Positions 1 to 10,404 are shown, counted from the stretch's first letter. The stretch: DNA of 27,567 bases from an uncultured Gemmatimonadales bacterium (GCA_963748815.1 CAVVKJ010000018.1:1-27567), one strand, 5' to 3'. Notes: generated by a model not told the origin, from the letters alone. Numbers and translations: made by a program.

Positions 1-1
1 C

Positions 2-55
2 TGGGATCATTGGCGCCGCCTCAAGCAGGAATATGAGCAGCGCCTGCCTGCCTGA
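2..55 (+). CDS. 3' end of an upstream CDS (partial, ...WDHWRRLKQEYEQRLPA*)
   Basis: Frame 2 is open from the window edge to TGA at 53-55 and is followed directly by a terminator hairpin. Confidence 0.55.
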   Translation, partial: WDHWRRLKQEYEQRLPA

Positions 56-61
56 ACTGCC

Positions 62-90
62 AAGGCTCCGCTCCCCGGGGCGGAGCCTTT
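62..90 (+). terminator. Intrinsic terminator
   Basis: Inverted repeat AAGGCTCCGCTC-CCCG-GGGCGGAGCCTT with a short T tail, just after a stop codon. Confidence 0.7.
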
Positions 91-156
91 CTCCGGCCTT
101 CAGAAAATAAATGCACTCGCGCCAAATTTTTTGGAACCAAATTGCCCCAGCGGAAT

Positions 157-241
157 TTGAGTGGTGCACGGGCCATCTAGCCCCCCAAGATCGCCCGGGT
201 AGAAACCCGCCGCCCCCGCAAATGGCGGCGGGTTTCCTTTT
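157..241 (+). ncRNA. Candidate small RNA: C-rich-loop hairpin plus terminator
   Basis: Hairpin 169-197 (CGGGC-C-ATCT / AGAT-C-GCCCG, loop AGCCCCCCA), then a terminator at 202-241. It lies between two terminators with no convincing ORF. The 5' end is inferred. Confidence 0.4.
202..241 (+). terminator. Intrinsic terminator
   Basis: Perfect 13-bp stem GAAACCCGCCGCC/GGCGGCGGGTTTC followed by CTTTT. Confidence 0.75.
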
Positions 242-612
242 GTGCATGGCAAGATTTAGCCCGGACCGTCGCAGATTTATCGAGCCCGCTTGCGCGGCCT
301 GCTTTATGCCGCGTAACATCACAACCAAGCGCAGCGCTTGAGGCTTTGTTGTTGTGGCTTGCCAATTGTAATGTTCGGACGCGAGCAGTCCGGGGGAATA
401 TTTGATGTCAGTCTGGCCAAACGCACAAAATCAAAAGAGGCAACGGGCTTCCGGGAGAACCAGGCACTCGTGGCGATCCTTGACCCAGCTCTGGCATCAG
501 CAGTTCATCGACCGGCCCCGGCGATCGCTCCATTGTCGCTTGACGGCGCAGATGTTGTCCTTCACGAACCGCAGCCGTCCAACTTCGGAGCGGGCTGACC
601 GAGGAGCATATC

Positions 613-879
613 ATGACGGAAGAAGCAGTCCGGGAAAAAGTCTGGGCCTTCCTGGCCGAGAGTTTCCTCTACATGCGACCAGACTTCCGAGTCGACCCGG
701 ACGAATCGTTGCTGCGTGCTGGTGTCATCGACTCGCTGGGCGTGATGGAGGTCATTGCGTTCGTGGAGCAATTTGCCGGCATTCAGGTCGCGGACGACGA
801 GATCACCGAGGTCAATTTCGGGACCTTGAACGCGATCGCCGGGTACATCCTATCCAAGATGAACGCCGCCACGACCTAG
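613..879 (+). CDS. Acyl carrier protein (ACP1)
   Basis: 88 aa, acidic, GVIDSLG phosphopantetheine motif; GAGGAG RBS at 601-606. Confidence 0.9.
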   Translation: MTEEAVREKVWAFLAESFLYMRPDFRVDPDESLLRAGVIDSLGVMEVIAFVEQFAGIQVADDEITEVNFGTLNAIAGYILSKMNAATT

Positions 880-963
880 CCTATCCGCCGTCGCGTGGCG
901 GGATGGTCCCGCTGAATCGCCCCCGGAGCATGACACCGATCCCCATCACAGGGGCCGGGGGTA

Positions 964-1593
964 TCAATCCACACCTATCGCCTGGGCGTAGGCTCGTGCC
1001 GACGCCTCGACCGTCGACCCGCCCAAGATACCTCGAATGACCGCCACACCGACTCCGCCCGCCTCGAGAACGGTCGACACGTCGCGAGGGACAACACCGC
1101 CGATAGCCACGCATGGCACCGACGGGGGCGCCCATCGGGCAAGGCCGGCGAACCCTTGGACCTCGAGCGGAGCTCCGGCGTCCGGCTTGGTCGAGGTTCC
1201 ATGCAAGGGACCGATCCCCCAATAGTCCGCGGCCTGCCCCTTTCGCGCTTCCTCGATCGAACCCACCGACACTCCGATGAGGAAGCCCGCCGGCGCGATG
1301 CGGCGTGCCACCGTCAAGGGCACATCGTCCGGGCCGAGATGGACCCCTGCGGCCCCGACGGCGATCGCCACGTCCACTCGATCGTTGAGGAAGAGCGGCA
1401 CGGAGAGCACGGCACCAAGCGCACGCGCCGCCGTCGCGAGTTCCCGCGCGGAGGCGCACTTGAGCCGCAATTGGACCGACGTCACCCCCCCTCGCTCGGC
1501 CGCGAGGCAAAGCGCCACAAGGTCCCGGCCACCGATGAGCGCATCATCAGTCACCAGTACCAGTCTCAGGATTTCCGCTAGATTGTGCGTCAT
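964..1593 (-). CDS. thiE: Thiamine-phosphate synthase
   Basis: Motifs VQLRLK, LFLNDRVD, GVHLGPDD, TSTKPDA, VAIGG and GVAVI. Confidence 0.93.
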   Translation of the reverse strand: MTHNLAEILRLVLVTDDALIGGRDLVALCLAAERGGVTSVQLRLKCASARELATAARALGAVLSVPLFLNDRVDVAIAVGAAGVHLGPDDVPLTVARRIAPAGFLIGVSVGSIEEARKGQAADYWGIGPLHGTSTKPDAGAPLEVQGFAGLARWAPPSVPCVAIGGVVPRDVSTVLEAGGVGVAVIRGILGGSTVEASARAYAQAIGVD

Positions 1594-1626
1594 GACCGAC
1601 CGAACCTACCGAGACGGGGGCTGCTG

Positions 1627-2779
1627 GTGAAGCCCGTGCGTGTGAGCGACCGAGGGGCCGCCCGCTGGACCCGGGGACATCCCTGGATATTCCGCAGCGA
1701 CCTGATGGACGATGTGGAGTCGGCCGGGGTCGTCCCCGTCACCGACCCACGCGGCCGTTTCCTCGGCCAGGCGCTGGCCTCGCCCCACTCCGAAATCCGG
1801 CTCCGCCTCCTCGACCGCACCGAGACACCGATCGACCGCGCCTGGTGGCGCAACCACATCCGCGCGGCCCTATCGCGTCGCGAGGGGATCGACGCCAACG
1901 CCTTCCGCGTGGTGCACGGGGAGGGTGACGGGCTCCCCTCGCTGGTGGTGGACAAGTACGACCGCTGGCTCGTGGCGCAGGTGCTGTCGGCCGGCCTCGA
2001 GACGATGCGGGATGAGATCTCCACCGTGCTACTGGAAATCTTCGAGCCAGAGGGGATCCTGCTGCGAAATGACGTCGCCGTTCGGAAGCAGGAGGGGCTG
2101 CCGGAGGAAATCGTCCTGATGCACGGCACCGTCCCTGCATCGATCGAGATCCGCGAGGGAACCGTACGTTACCTCGCTTCGCCTTGGGAAGGCCAGAAGA
2201 CGGGGGCATTCCTGGACCAGCGCGAGAACCGCCTTCTCGCAGGGCAGCTGGTCCGTCCCGGCGGCACCGCGCTTGACTGTTTTGCCTATCATGGGTCCTT
2301 CGCGCTGCACCTTGCCGGCCGGGCGGGTCGGGTTGCCGCGCTCGACGCCAGCAGAGGGGCGCTGGCACGCGGCACCGAAAACGCCGTCCTGAACGGCATC
2401 GACAACATCGACTGGGTGGAGGGAGACGCCTTCGAGGCGCTCCGTGACTGGGAGCGCGCGGGCCGGCGATTTGACATGGTGGTGGTGGATCCCCCGCCTT
2501 TGCCAAGCATCGGGGCGCGCTGGGGCAGGCGTTGCGTGGTTACGCCGAGATCAACCTGCGGGCAATGCGCATTCTGGCGCCGAGAGGGTCCTCCTGACCG
2601 CCTCGTGCTCGCACCACCTGAGCCGCGCCGATTTTCTCAAGATGCTTTCGAATGCCGCCGCAAACAGCGGCCGCCGATTGACGCTGGAAAGCGTGCTCGG
2701 TCAACCGACAGATCACCCCGAAGTGCTCACCATTGCCGAGACGGGGTACTTGAAAGGAGCCGTGTTACGAGCTGACTAG
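1627..2779 (+). CDS. rlmI: RlmI-family SAM-dependent rRNA m5C methyltransferase (two apparent frameshifts, about 2493 and 2587)
   Basis: GHPWIF, EGDGLPSLVVDKY, GQKTGAFLDQRENR, LDCFAYHGSF. Adding one C at 2491-2495 restores DPPAFAK; adding one G at 2586-2588 restores LLTASCSHH...DHP...ETGYLK. Confidence 0.85.
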
Positions 2780-2809
2780 GCGACGCCGGGCCCTCCGCCG
2801 GCGGTGCCA

Positions 2810-3371
2810 TCAGAGGATGCTGCTGTTGTCGTACTCGCTCATCGCAACGCGCCCAGGATTTCCCATGAAGAGCGCCCGGCTCGGGACGTCACGCGAGACC
2901 ACGGCACCGGCACTGATCGTACTTCGATCCCCCACGGCGCGAGCCCCGACGATCTGCGCGTGTGGACCAATCCAGACACGATCACCAATCGTGGGACCGC
3001 CCTCATCTCCGAATGACTTGATGTGCACAGACTGGTGAATCGAGCAATGACTGCCGATGCGACAGTCCTGCACCACGATATTCCCAAAATGTCCGATGTA
3101 CAAACCAGGGCCAATCTCCGCGGAAAGATCCAGGTGAATGTCGAAGGCCGCCCTGACATAGCCGGTGATCGAGCGAGTAGGCCGCCCAGCCAAAGGGCCG
3201 GAGCAAGGGGAGTCTTTCCGCGTCGCGCAGTAGGGTGAGACGGCGCCCGAGCCGATAGCCCAGCAGTGCCTGCGTCCCCGCCGAAGTGAAGAGCAGGCGA
3301 ACGACTTGGGAGGCGGAGACGTGGGTCGAGTGCAGCATGCGGCAGCAATCCGCGAGAAACGCCGAGGACAT
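2810..3371 (-). CDS. Serine O-acetyltransferase-like (LbH) acyltransferase, apparent frameshift near 3170
   Basis: The N-terminus MSSAFLAD...LGYRLG is in one frame. The C-terminus AEIGPGLYIGHFGNIVV...PTIGDRVWIG...GAVVSRDVP...GNPGR is in another. Confidence 0.8.
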
Positions 3372-3378
3372 GGCGAGG

Positions 3379-4008
3379 TCAACTATCGTCAGCGTCGGGG
3401 AGGGCATAGACAACCTCCCTCGACTGCCGCAGGCGGGTGTTGTCGTACCCTCGTTGGATGATCCGCCCAGGGTTGCCCCGGATGACAGACCGCGGGGGGA
3501 CGCTGTAGGTCAGGTAGGTGCCCGGCAGCAACGTGGCGCCGTCGCCCACCTCCAGATCCCCCGCGATGATGCATCCCGGCCCGATCCACACCTCCCGGCC
3601 AATCCGGGGGCGCTGCACGTTGCCGTCGGCGACACCAAATCCAATGGTGACATGATTATGAATCAACGAACCAGCCCCCACCCTCTCCGCGCCACACATG
3701 AGGTACCCCCCGTCAGGGAGGTAGACCGGGCCTTCAAGTTCGCAATCCCCGAGCATCTCCGACTTGCACCTGATCTTGGCCAGGTAGTAGGCCGGCATTT
3801 CAAGTACCCGGGCGAGCCACCATTTCAGGCTGCCCAGGTTACGACGCGTCGTAGTGAAATATCCGATGCGATGCGCCGTGAGCAACCACAGTCCCCTTGA
3901 CCTGAATGCCGTCAAGAGCACTCGCCAGGATGCAGCATGTTGCCCAAAGGTTGTCAGCCGATGATAGAAGTGCGCATCGGCAGCCACCTGAGCCAATACC
4001 CGGAGCAT
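3379..4008 (-). CDS. Serine O-acetyltransferase-like (LbH) protein
   Basis: HRIGY, HNHVTIG, PRIGREVWIGPG and GNPGR; ATG at 4008 is preceded by GAGAAGG. Confidence 0.8.
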   Translation of the reverse strand: MLRVLAQVAADAHFYHRLTTFGQHAASWRVLLTAFRSRGLWLLTAHRIGYFTTTRRNLGSLKWWLARVLEMPAYYLAKIRCKSEMLGDCELEGPVYLPDGGYLMCGAERVGAGSLIHNHVTIGFGVADGNVQRPRIGREVWIGPGCIIAGDLEVGDGATLLPGTYLTYSVPPRSVIRGNPGRIIQRGYDNTRLRQSREVVYALPDADDS

Positions 4009-4296
4009 AGGGACCTTCTCGTGGCAGGGTGCCAGCCCGGCCAACTCGTGGCGGAATCTCAAGTCCGATGGAGGACAGGCCGTTGGCCAACGCAAGTTCG
4101 ATACCGGTTCACTCCGGCAATGCCGCCTCGGTGGCCCGCCAACCGCAATCTGGATAATACTGGGGTCAAGACCGAGCCGGAAGCAAGGCCGCCCCGGGCC
4201 TTGGAGGAGCTCGAGGCACGTCAGGATGTTTCCCAGAGCAGGGAATAGGGGAGAAATTGCAAGATCGGCGCGATCGTCGCCGCCGTAGGAGGGCCC

Positions 4297-5550
4297 TCAA
4301 CCCCACCCCCATGCCGTGTGGCTACCGAGCAGGTAGGCGTCTTCACCCACTCCGCGATGTCCGCGATGACCTGCGCATCGACCGCCCCCGCCACGCTGTA
4401 CTCCAGGAGCGATCCGGTCCTTCAGGTCGAGGCAGGGCTTCTCGATGACGCGCCAAGAAGCAAGCGCGGCCAGAAACGTCAGAAGGAGGACCAGGAGGAG
4501 GTACAGGGTGAGCCGCGCCAGGCGCCAGGGCGAATCCGTCCCGCGTACCTGATCGCCGAGGAGGGGGGTCAGGAGCTGCTGGATGGGCTGATGGAAGAGG
4601 TACATCGCGTAGCTGTACTTTCCCAGGGTGCGAATGGTTCTCATAGAGAGGAAGGTCTGGAGACGACTTGGAGCACCAGGGCCGTCTTCCACGACGAACG
4701 CGATGAGGACCGCCGAGAGGATCGCGATGAGGCTCTGGCCAATGACCTGGACGGACAACTCAAAGGAGTGAAACCCGCGCTCGACTGCGACAAGTACCGC
4801 CAATCCAGTCCCCGCCAGCACGAACAGTGGGCCCTGCCACCGCATGAGCAGCCTCCTTCCAGTCTCATCGCGCATGAGCAAGGCCACCAGCGCGCCGGCG
4901 GCCAGCGCGTCCCAGCGCGCGACCGTGAGCCCATAGGCAATATTCTGGTCCATTCCCGAGAGGCGCAGCGCCAACCGGATGACTGGGGTCCCAAGCATCG
5001 CGATCAGACAGATGTTGGTGAGCCCCCCCCGTCCAACGTACCAGACGACGAGCGGCCACACGAGGTAAAACTGCTCCTCGACAGCGAGTGACCATGTGTG
5101 CGAAAGTGCGTTGATTCCCGGGGAGGTCGTGACCCAGTTCTGGACATAGACCCAGTACGCCCATCGGTGGCTCTGCCGAATGGCGTCGGCCCACTCCGGG
5201 CTCCAAGCGAGGCGCGGCGCGACGACGATTGTCAAAGCGATCATGGCGTAGTAGAGCGGGAAGATCCGCAGGATTCGACGGACGTAGAACGAATGGAAAT
5301 ACTGTGGCTGGCCCTTCGTGTCGAGAAGGATGCCGGTGATCAGGTACCCGGAGAGCACGAAGAAGACCTGAACGCCGATCCAACCTGTGGCCGCAATCGC
5401 GCTCACGAGCTTCAGGAGGATCTGTTCGCTCTCGCCGGCGATCCATGCAGAGTTATGTATGATCACGACGAGCACTGCCAACCCACGGATACCGTCGAGC
5501 GGCAACTTGCGTTCACTCGACAGAATCGCTGCGTTCGGTACGTCGTTCAC
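4297..5550 (-). CDS. Membrane acyltransferase family 3 (OafA-like)
   Basis: LDGIRGLA, GVQVFFVLSGYLI, FYVRRILRIFPLYY, HTWSLAVEEQFY, LGKYSYAMYLFH and multiple TM segments; GTG at 5550 follows AGGAGG. Confidence 0.9.
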   Translation of the reverse strand: MNDVPNAAILSSERKLPLDGIRGLAVLVVIIHNSAWIAGESEQILLKLVSAIAATGWIGVQVFFVLSGYLITGILLDTKGQPQYFHSFYVRRILRIFPLYYAMIALTIVVAPRLAWSPEWADAIRQSHRWAYWVYVQNWVTTSPGINALSHTWSLAVEEQFYLVWPLVVWYVGRGGLTNICLIAMLGTPVIRLALRLSGMDQNIAYGLTVARWDALAAGALVALLMRDETGRRLLMRWQGPLFVLAGTGLAVLVAVERGFHSFELSVQVIGQSLIAILSAVLIAFVVEDGPGAPSRLQTFLSMRTIRTLGKYSYAMYLFHQPIQQLLTPLLGDQVRGTDSPWRLARLTLYLLLVLLLTFLAALASWRVIEKPCLDLKDRIAPGVQRGGGGRCAGHRGHRGVGEDAYLLGSHTAWGWG

Positions 5551-5793
5551 ATCCCCTCCTGCCGACCATCGCCCGCGGGGTTCGCTCAGCGATGTGGCCC
5601 GTTCATCATCGACACATCCGAGGCGGCAATGCACTCGGGTCGACATTGCGCCCCCGGATTCCAAGGCGAGCCACAAGTTCCACCCCGCGACTCGCCGGAC
5701 CGCGGACCCCCTGGAGCAATGCCGGCCGCCACACAGTCAATGTTGCATGCGCGCCACATAGGGGGTTCTCAGCAGCCTTTTCACAATCGGCGA

Positions 5794-7344
5794 CTACCCT
5801 ACTGGCCGAAGAATGGCTGATCGAATCGACTCAAAGTCGTATTTGCCCGCTGGACCCCTCGGTAGCGTTTCCAGGACCACAATTCGCGCCGGCTGCATGT
5901 ACCGTGGCAATTCACTGGCGGCATACCGCCTTATAGCCAGAACTGACCCCTCAGGCCGAAGCGCCACAACGGCGACGACACGCTGCCCGCGCACCTGATC
6001 AGGCTCTCCCAAGACAACTACATCGGTGACTTGTCCGGAGGCATGGATGACGTCGGCGACCTCGTCGGGGCTGATCCGGTAGCCTAGGGTTTTGATGACG
6101 TGATCTCGGCGACCGACGTAGAAGAGGCGACCGGCCTCGTCGGCTCTGACATAATCCCCTGAGAGGACGACTCGCTCCCCAGCGGGCACCCCAATGCCGG
6201 GTAGCGGCCCGGACCGAAAGACCCGCTCGGTCGACTCGGGGTCATTCCAGTAGCCGAGAGTGACGGTCGGCCCCCGGTGTACCAATTCGCCGACCTCTCC
6301 AGGTTCGCAGACCGTCAGGTCCTCGCGCACCACAAAGACCTGGGACTCCGGAATCGCGCGGCCCATGGAGCCCGGAAAAGCCTCCACTTCCTCCGGCGGC
6401 AGGAAGGTACTGCGAAAGACCTCGCTCAGGCCGTACATCAAGAAGAGTTTGGCTTGCGGCTGGACCTTTCTCAGGGCCAAGACAGCCTCCGGGGGGAGCC
6501 GACCGCCCGCACAGGTTATTGTTCTCAGCCTTGAAAGTGGAGCCTCCGTGAACGCAGGGGCCTGGAGCAGCTGCAGCCAAAGCGGTGGCACGGCGGCCAG
6601 CACCGTGACACAGTTCTTCCTAAGCGAGACGGAGAGGTCCTGTGCCAGCCCAGACCGCTCGACGACCAGGGTAGCCCCAGCGACCAGGCAGCACGTGAGT
6701 TGGTTGAAGCCGTAGACGAACCCGAATGGCAGCACACTGGCGATTCTATCGTCGGACCGAATGCCGAGGTATTCCGCCACGATCCTGGCACCGGCCCACA
6801 AATTGCCGTGACTGACCAAGACCCCTTTCGGCTGACCGGTCGATCCCGATGTGTAGACGAGCTGGGCAGGGTCAGCCGGAAGTCGCTCTATCGGAGTGCT
6901 GGGCGCCAGATCACGGATATCTGTGGGGGTGAGCCGCACGCCAGTGAATTCGATCTCACGGGTCAGGTTCCGCACCATGTCGGGATCGGTTATCAGGAAC
7001 TCGGACCCCGAATGAGCCAGAATGTGCTCGACCTGACGGGCCACGTAGAGTTCGTTGACCAACACCGCGATGCCGCCCGCACCGGTGACACCGAAGAAGG
7101 CGGCGGCAACCTCAGGGCCTCGCCCAAGAAAGATTCCGACCCTGTCCCCGGGCCGCAGCCCAGCCCGGAGCAGGAAGGACGTATAAACCGCCGAGCGGGC
7201 GGAAAGTTCTGCAAAACTCGTGGTTTCGCCATCATCCACGATGGCTGGCCGCTGACCGAAGGATCGGCCGGCATGGCCCAGAAGCCAGGCAATATTGGCT
7301 TGAGAGAGTTCTTCGATTGAATCAAAGGTGGTGGGGGGAACCAT
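5794..7344 (-). CDS. AMP-dependent acyl-CoA/acyl-ACP ligase, resembling the exosortase/EPS-associated subfamily
   Basis: YTSGSTGQPKG, MYGLSEVFRSTFLPPEEV, GELVHRGPTV, SGD, GRRD, GYRISP and the terminal GK. Confidence 0.9.
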   Translation of the reverse strand: MVPPTTFDSIEELSQANIAWLLGHAGRSFGQRPAIVDDGETTSFAELSARSAVYTSFLLRAGLRPGDRVGIFLGRGPEVAAAFFGVTGAGGIAVLVNELYVARQVEHILAHSGSEFLITDPDMVRNLTREIEFTGVRLTPTDIRDLAPSTPIERLPADPAQLVYTSGSTGQPKGVLVSHGNLWAGARIVAEYLGIRSDDRIASVLPFGFVYGFNQLTCCLVAGATLVVERSGLAQDLSVSLRKNCVTVLAAVPPLWLQLLQAPAFTEAPLSRLRTITCAGGRLPPEAVLALRKVQPQAKLFLMYGLSEVFRSTFLPPEEVEAFPGSMGRAIPESQVFVVREDLTVCEPGEVGELVHRGPTVTLGYWNDPESTERVFRSGPLPGIGVPAGERVVLSGDYVRADEAGRLFYVGRRDHVIKTLGYRISPDEVADVIHASGQVTDVVVLGEPDQVRGQRVVAVVALRPEGSVLAIRRYAASELPRYMQPARIVVLETLPRGPAGKYDFESIRSAILRPVG

Positions 7345-7415
7345 GATCCCTCAACTAGGTCGACGCACCGTGATGGCGACCCCGGCAAGAGCGCCGGAAC
7401 GAATGGAACGAGCCT

Positions 7416-8426
7416 GTGACGATGCCTGCAATTAACACACCATCGAATGCTGCGTTTCGTGACCCGGCGCTGCTGACGGATCAAATCGCCGACAGGCTGC
7501 GATCATTGCTCACATCGCGCCTCAACCGCCGAGGTTTTGTGGTGGCGATGAGCAGCGGCGTGGATAGCAGCGTCTGCGCGGGTCTGGCCGTACGCGCCGT
7601 CGGCCCCGAGCGGGTCTTCGGCCTCTTCCTTCCGGAGCGGGACAGCGACCCCCAGAGCCTCGAGATCGCCAAGGAGTGGGCCGACTCGCTCGGAATCCAG
7701 AGCCTGGCCGAGGATATCGCCCCTATCCTCGAAGCCGCAGGGTGCTACCACCGGCGGGACGAGGCGATCCGGCGCGCGGTCCCGGAGTACGGGCCGGGCT
7801 GGCGATGTAAGTTGTCCATTCCGGGAGGGGCAAAGCCAGGGGCGATCAACGTGACCCAACTGGTCGTCCAACCTCCGGATGGCCCGGCACGCCAGGTGAG
7901 ACTCACCGCCACCGACTACCGGCAGATCGTCGCCGCAACGAATTTCAAGCAACGGGTCCGCAAGATGCTCGAGTACTACCACGCAGACCGCCTGCACTAC
8001 GCGGTTGTCGGTACGCCCAACCGTCTGGAATTCGACCAGGGGTTCTTTGTGAAGGGTGGAGACGGATTGGCCGACCTCAAGCCGATCGCCCACCTCTACA
8101 AGACCGAAGTCTATGGCGTCGCCGAGCATCTCGGTGTGCCTCGGGCCGTGACCGACCGGCCTCCAACAACGGACACATTTTCGCTCCCCCAGACGCAGGA
8201 GGAGTTCTACTTCTCGGCTCCCGCCAAGATTCTGGACCTTGTGCTGCGAGCGAAAAACGCGGGGCGTCCGGCGGACGAAGCGGCCGCCGAACTCCGCCTC
8301 CAACCGGCGTTGGTGGAGGCATTGTACCACGACATCGATCAGAAGCGGCGGACCACAGCTTACCTCCACCTCACCTCGCTGCTGGTCGAAGAAGTCCCCG
8401 TCCCACTCGGTCGGCAACCCGACTGA
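7416..8426 (+). CDS. nadE: NH3-dependent NAD synthetase-like protein (NadE family, cluster-associated variant)
   Basis: PP-loop SSGVDSS, NFKQRVRK, GTPNRLE, GFFVKGGDG, KPIAHLYKTEV and PPTTD. The start may be ATG 7422. Confidence 0.85.
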   Translation: MTMPAINTPSNAAFRDPALLTDQIADRLRSLLTSRLNRRGFVVAMSSGVDSSVCAGLAVRAVGPERVFGLFLPERDSDPQSLEIAKEWADSLGIQSLAEDIAPILEAAGCYHRRDEAIRRAVPEYGPGWRCKLSIPGGAKPGAINVTQLVVQPPDGPARQVRLTATDYRQIVAATNFKQRVRKMLEYYHADRLHYAVVGTPNRLEFDQGFFVKGGDGLADLKPIAHLYKTEVYGVAEHLGVPRAVTDRPPTTDTFSLPQTQEEFYFSAPAKILDLVLRAKNAGRPADEAAAELRLQPALVEALYHDIDQKRRTTAYLHLTSLLVEEVPVPLGRQPD

Positions 8427-10404
8427 TGTGTGGCATCGCCGGAGTCGCGCGGGGGCAACCTGTAGGCGCCCCGCTCGAAATGCTCGGCCGCATGGCGGGC
8501 GCAATCCGTCATCGGGGCCCGGATGGCTACGGCTTCTTCACCAGCCCGCTGGTGGGGCTGGCCCACGTCCGCCTGAGCATCATAGACCTGGCCGGCGGTG
8601 CCCAACCGATGACGAACGAGGATGGCAGCGTCGTCATCAGTTATAACGGCGAGGTCTACAATTATCTGGAGCTTATGGCCGATTTGCAGTCACGCGGCCA
8701 TCATTTTCGCACAACTTCCGATACTGAAGTCCTCGTGCATGGGTGGGAAGAGTGGGGCCCGGGCTCTTCCAGCGGCTGAACGGGCAATTTGCCTTCGCAC
8801 TCTATGACCGACGGACGGAAGAACTCGTGCTCGCACGCGACCGATTCGGCGTCCGGCCTCTGTTCTACGCTGAACGGGCGGGGGACCTCTACTTCGGATC
8901 CGAAGTCAAAGCGCTGCTTGCCTCGGGGGAGGTCTCGCCCGAACCAGATCCGATCGGGCTCGATCAGGTCTTCACGTTTTGGGCTGCCCGCCCCCCACGT
9001 TCACCGTTCCGCGATGTCTGGCAGCTGGAACCCGGAACGTGGGCCCAATGGAGTCGTGGAAGGCTCAAAATTGAGCGGTACTACGCCCTCGACTATCCCG
9101 AGCAAGCCGAAGAACGCCCTGACGCCATTCACGCGCTGGATGAGCTACTGCACAACAGTGTCGCCTTGCGACTCCGGGCCGATGTGCCGGTCGGGGCCTA
9201 CCTCAGCGGCGGACTCGATTCCAGCATTACCTCAGCGCTGGCCGGCAAGGAGTCTCCGTTCTCACTGAGAACTTTCTCGATCACTTTCCAGGATCCACGG
9301 TACGACGAAAGTGAGTTCCAGCAGGCGGTGGCCGGCACGGTGGGCTCCCTCCACACGGTGCGTCACATAACGGACTCCGACATCGCGGATGCACTTCCCT
9401 CGGTGGTCCGGCATGTCGAGACCCCCCTCCTCCGAACGGCCGCAGTCCCGATGTATCACCTTGCACGGGCGACCAGAGAGGCGGGGATTTCGGTTGTCCT
9501 CACCGGTGAGGGGGCGGACGAGCTCTTTCTTGGTTACGATCTCTTCAAGGAAGTTGCGATCCGCCTGTTCTGCCTCAGCCAACCCGAGTCCGCATCGCGC
9601 CCTCGCTTGTTCGACCGGCTCTATCCATACCTCGCATCACCCGGCGGCTCAAAGGGCGGCGAGATGTGGCAGCGGTCGTTCCTTGGCGCAGGGGAACCGG
9701 GCGATCCGCTCTTCTCTCACCTGCCCCGCTTCCGGACCGCCGGATGGCTCCGTGAGTTCTACAGCGACCAGATGATCGAACAGACCGGTCAACATGATGC
9801 CTTGGACGAGTTGCGAGGTGCGCTGCCGCCCGCGTTTAGGGGCTGGGCACCGCTGAATCAGGCAGCCTATCTGGAGATGGTCACGCTCCTGTCGCCGTAT
9901 CTTCTGAGCAGCCAAGCGGACCGAGTCGGTATGGCACATGCCGTGGAGGGACGATATCCGTTTCTCGATCACCGCCTATTCGAATTCGCGGCCGCGCTTC
10001 CGACAAAGTCCCGCTTGCTCGGGCTCCGCGAAAAACGCATCCTCCGCCGCTGGGCGCGCGACCTGCTTCCCACAGCTGTGCTGCGCCGCACCAAACAACC
10101 TTACCGCGCTCCAGATGCGCCGCCGTTTCTCGCCCCGTCGGCTCCCCCGTGGGTCGAAGCCGAACTGTCGCGCGAATCGGTCGTTCGAGCCGGGATCTTT
10201 GCTCCTGGAGCGGTCTCTGGTCTCGTCCGGCGGTGCCGGAAGGGGGAGGCGGCAGGGATTCGCGAGCATCAGGCCCTTGTAGGCGTTGTATCATCCCAGC
10301 TCTGGCACCGAGAATTTATCCAGAGTTTCCGCTTACCACCGGCTCTCAGCGTTGCAGGCGCCGACGTGATCCTCCAATCAGAACTCGCGGGTAGCAGCGC
10401 ATGA
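8426..10404 (+). CDS. asnB: Asparagine synthase (glutamine-hydrolysing)-like amidotransferase, apparent frameshift near 8762
   Basis: MCGIAG, HRGPD, RLSIIDL, YNGEVYN and SDTEV. After one added G it continues LNGQFAF, ARDRFGVRPL, LSGGLDSS, LTGEGADE and EGRYPFLD. The start overlaps the nadE stop (TGATG). Confidence 0.9.

Noticed and set aside
111..341. 76-aa ORF as a leader or attenuator peptide
   Set aside because: No RBS, no run of regulatory codons, and it reads through a strong terminator.
338..598. 86-aa ORF upstream of ACP1
   Set aside because: TTG start, weak codon bias and no motif; it cannot be supported, though not fully excluded.
8743..8779. Programmed frameshift or genuinely split asnB
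   Set aside because: No slippery heptamer; one extra G in a G run restores a canonical protein, like other indels in the window.
8426..10404. AsnB-like protein as a lasso peptide cyclase
   Set aside because: It has an intact N-terminal Cys glutaminase domain, and no B1/B2 proteins or precursor are nearby.
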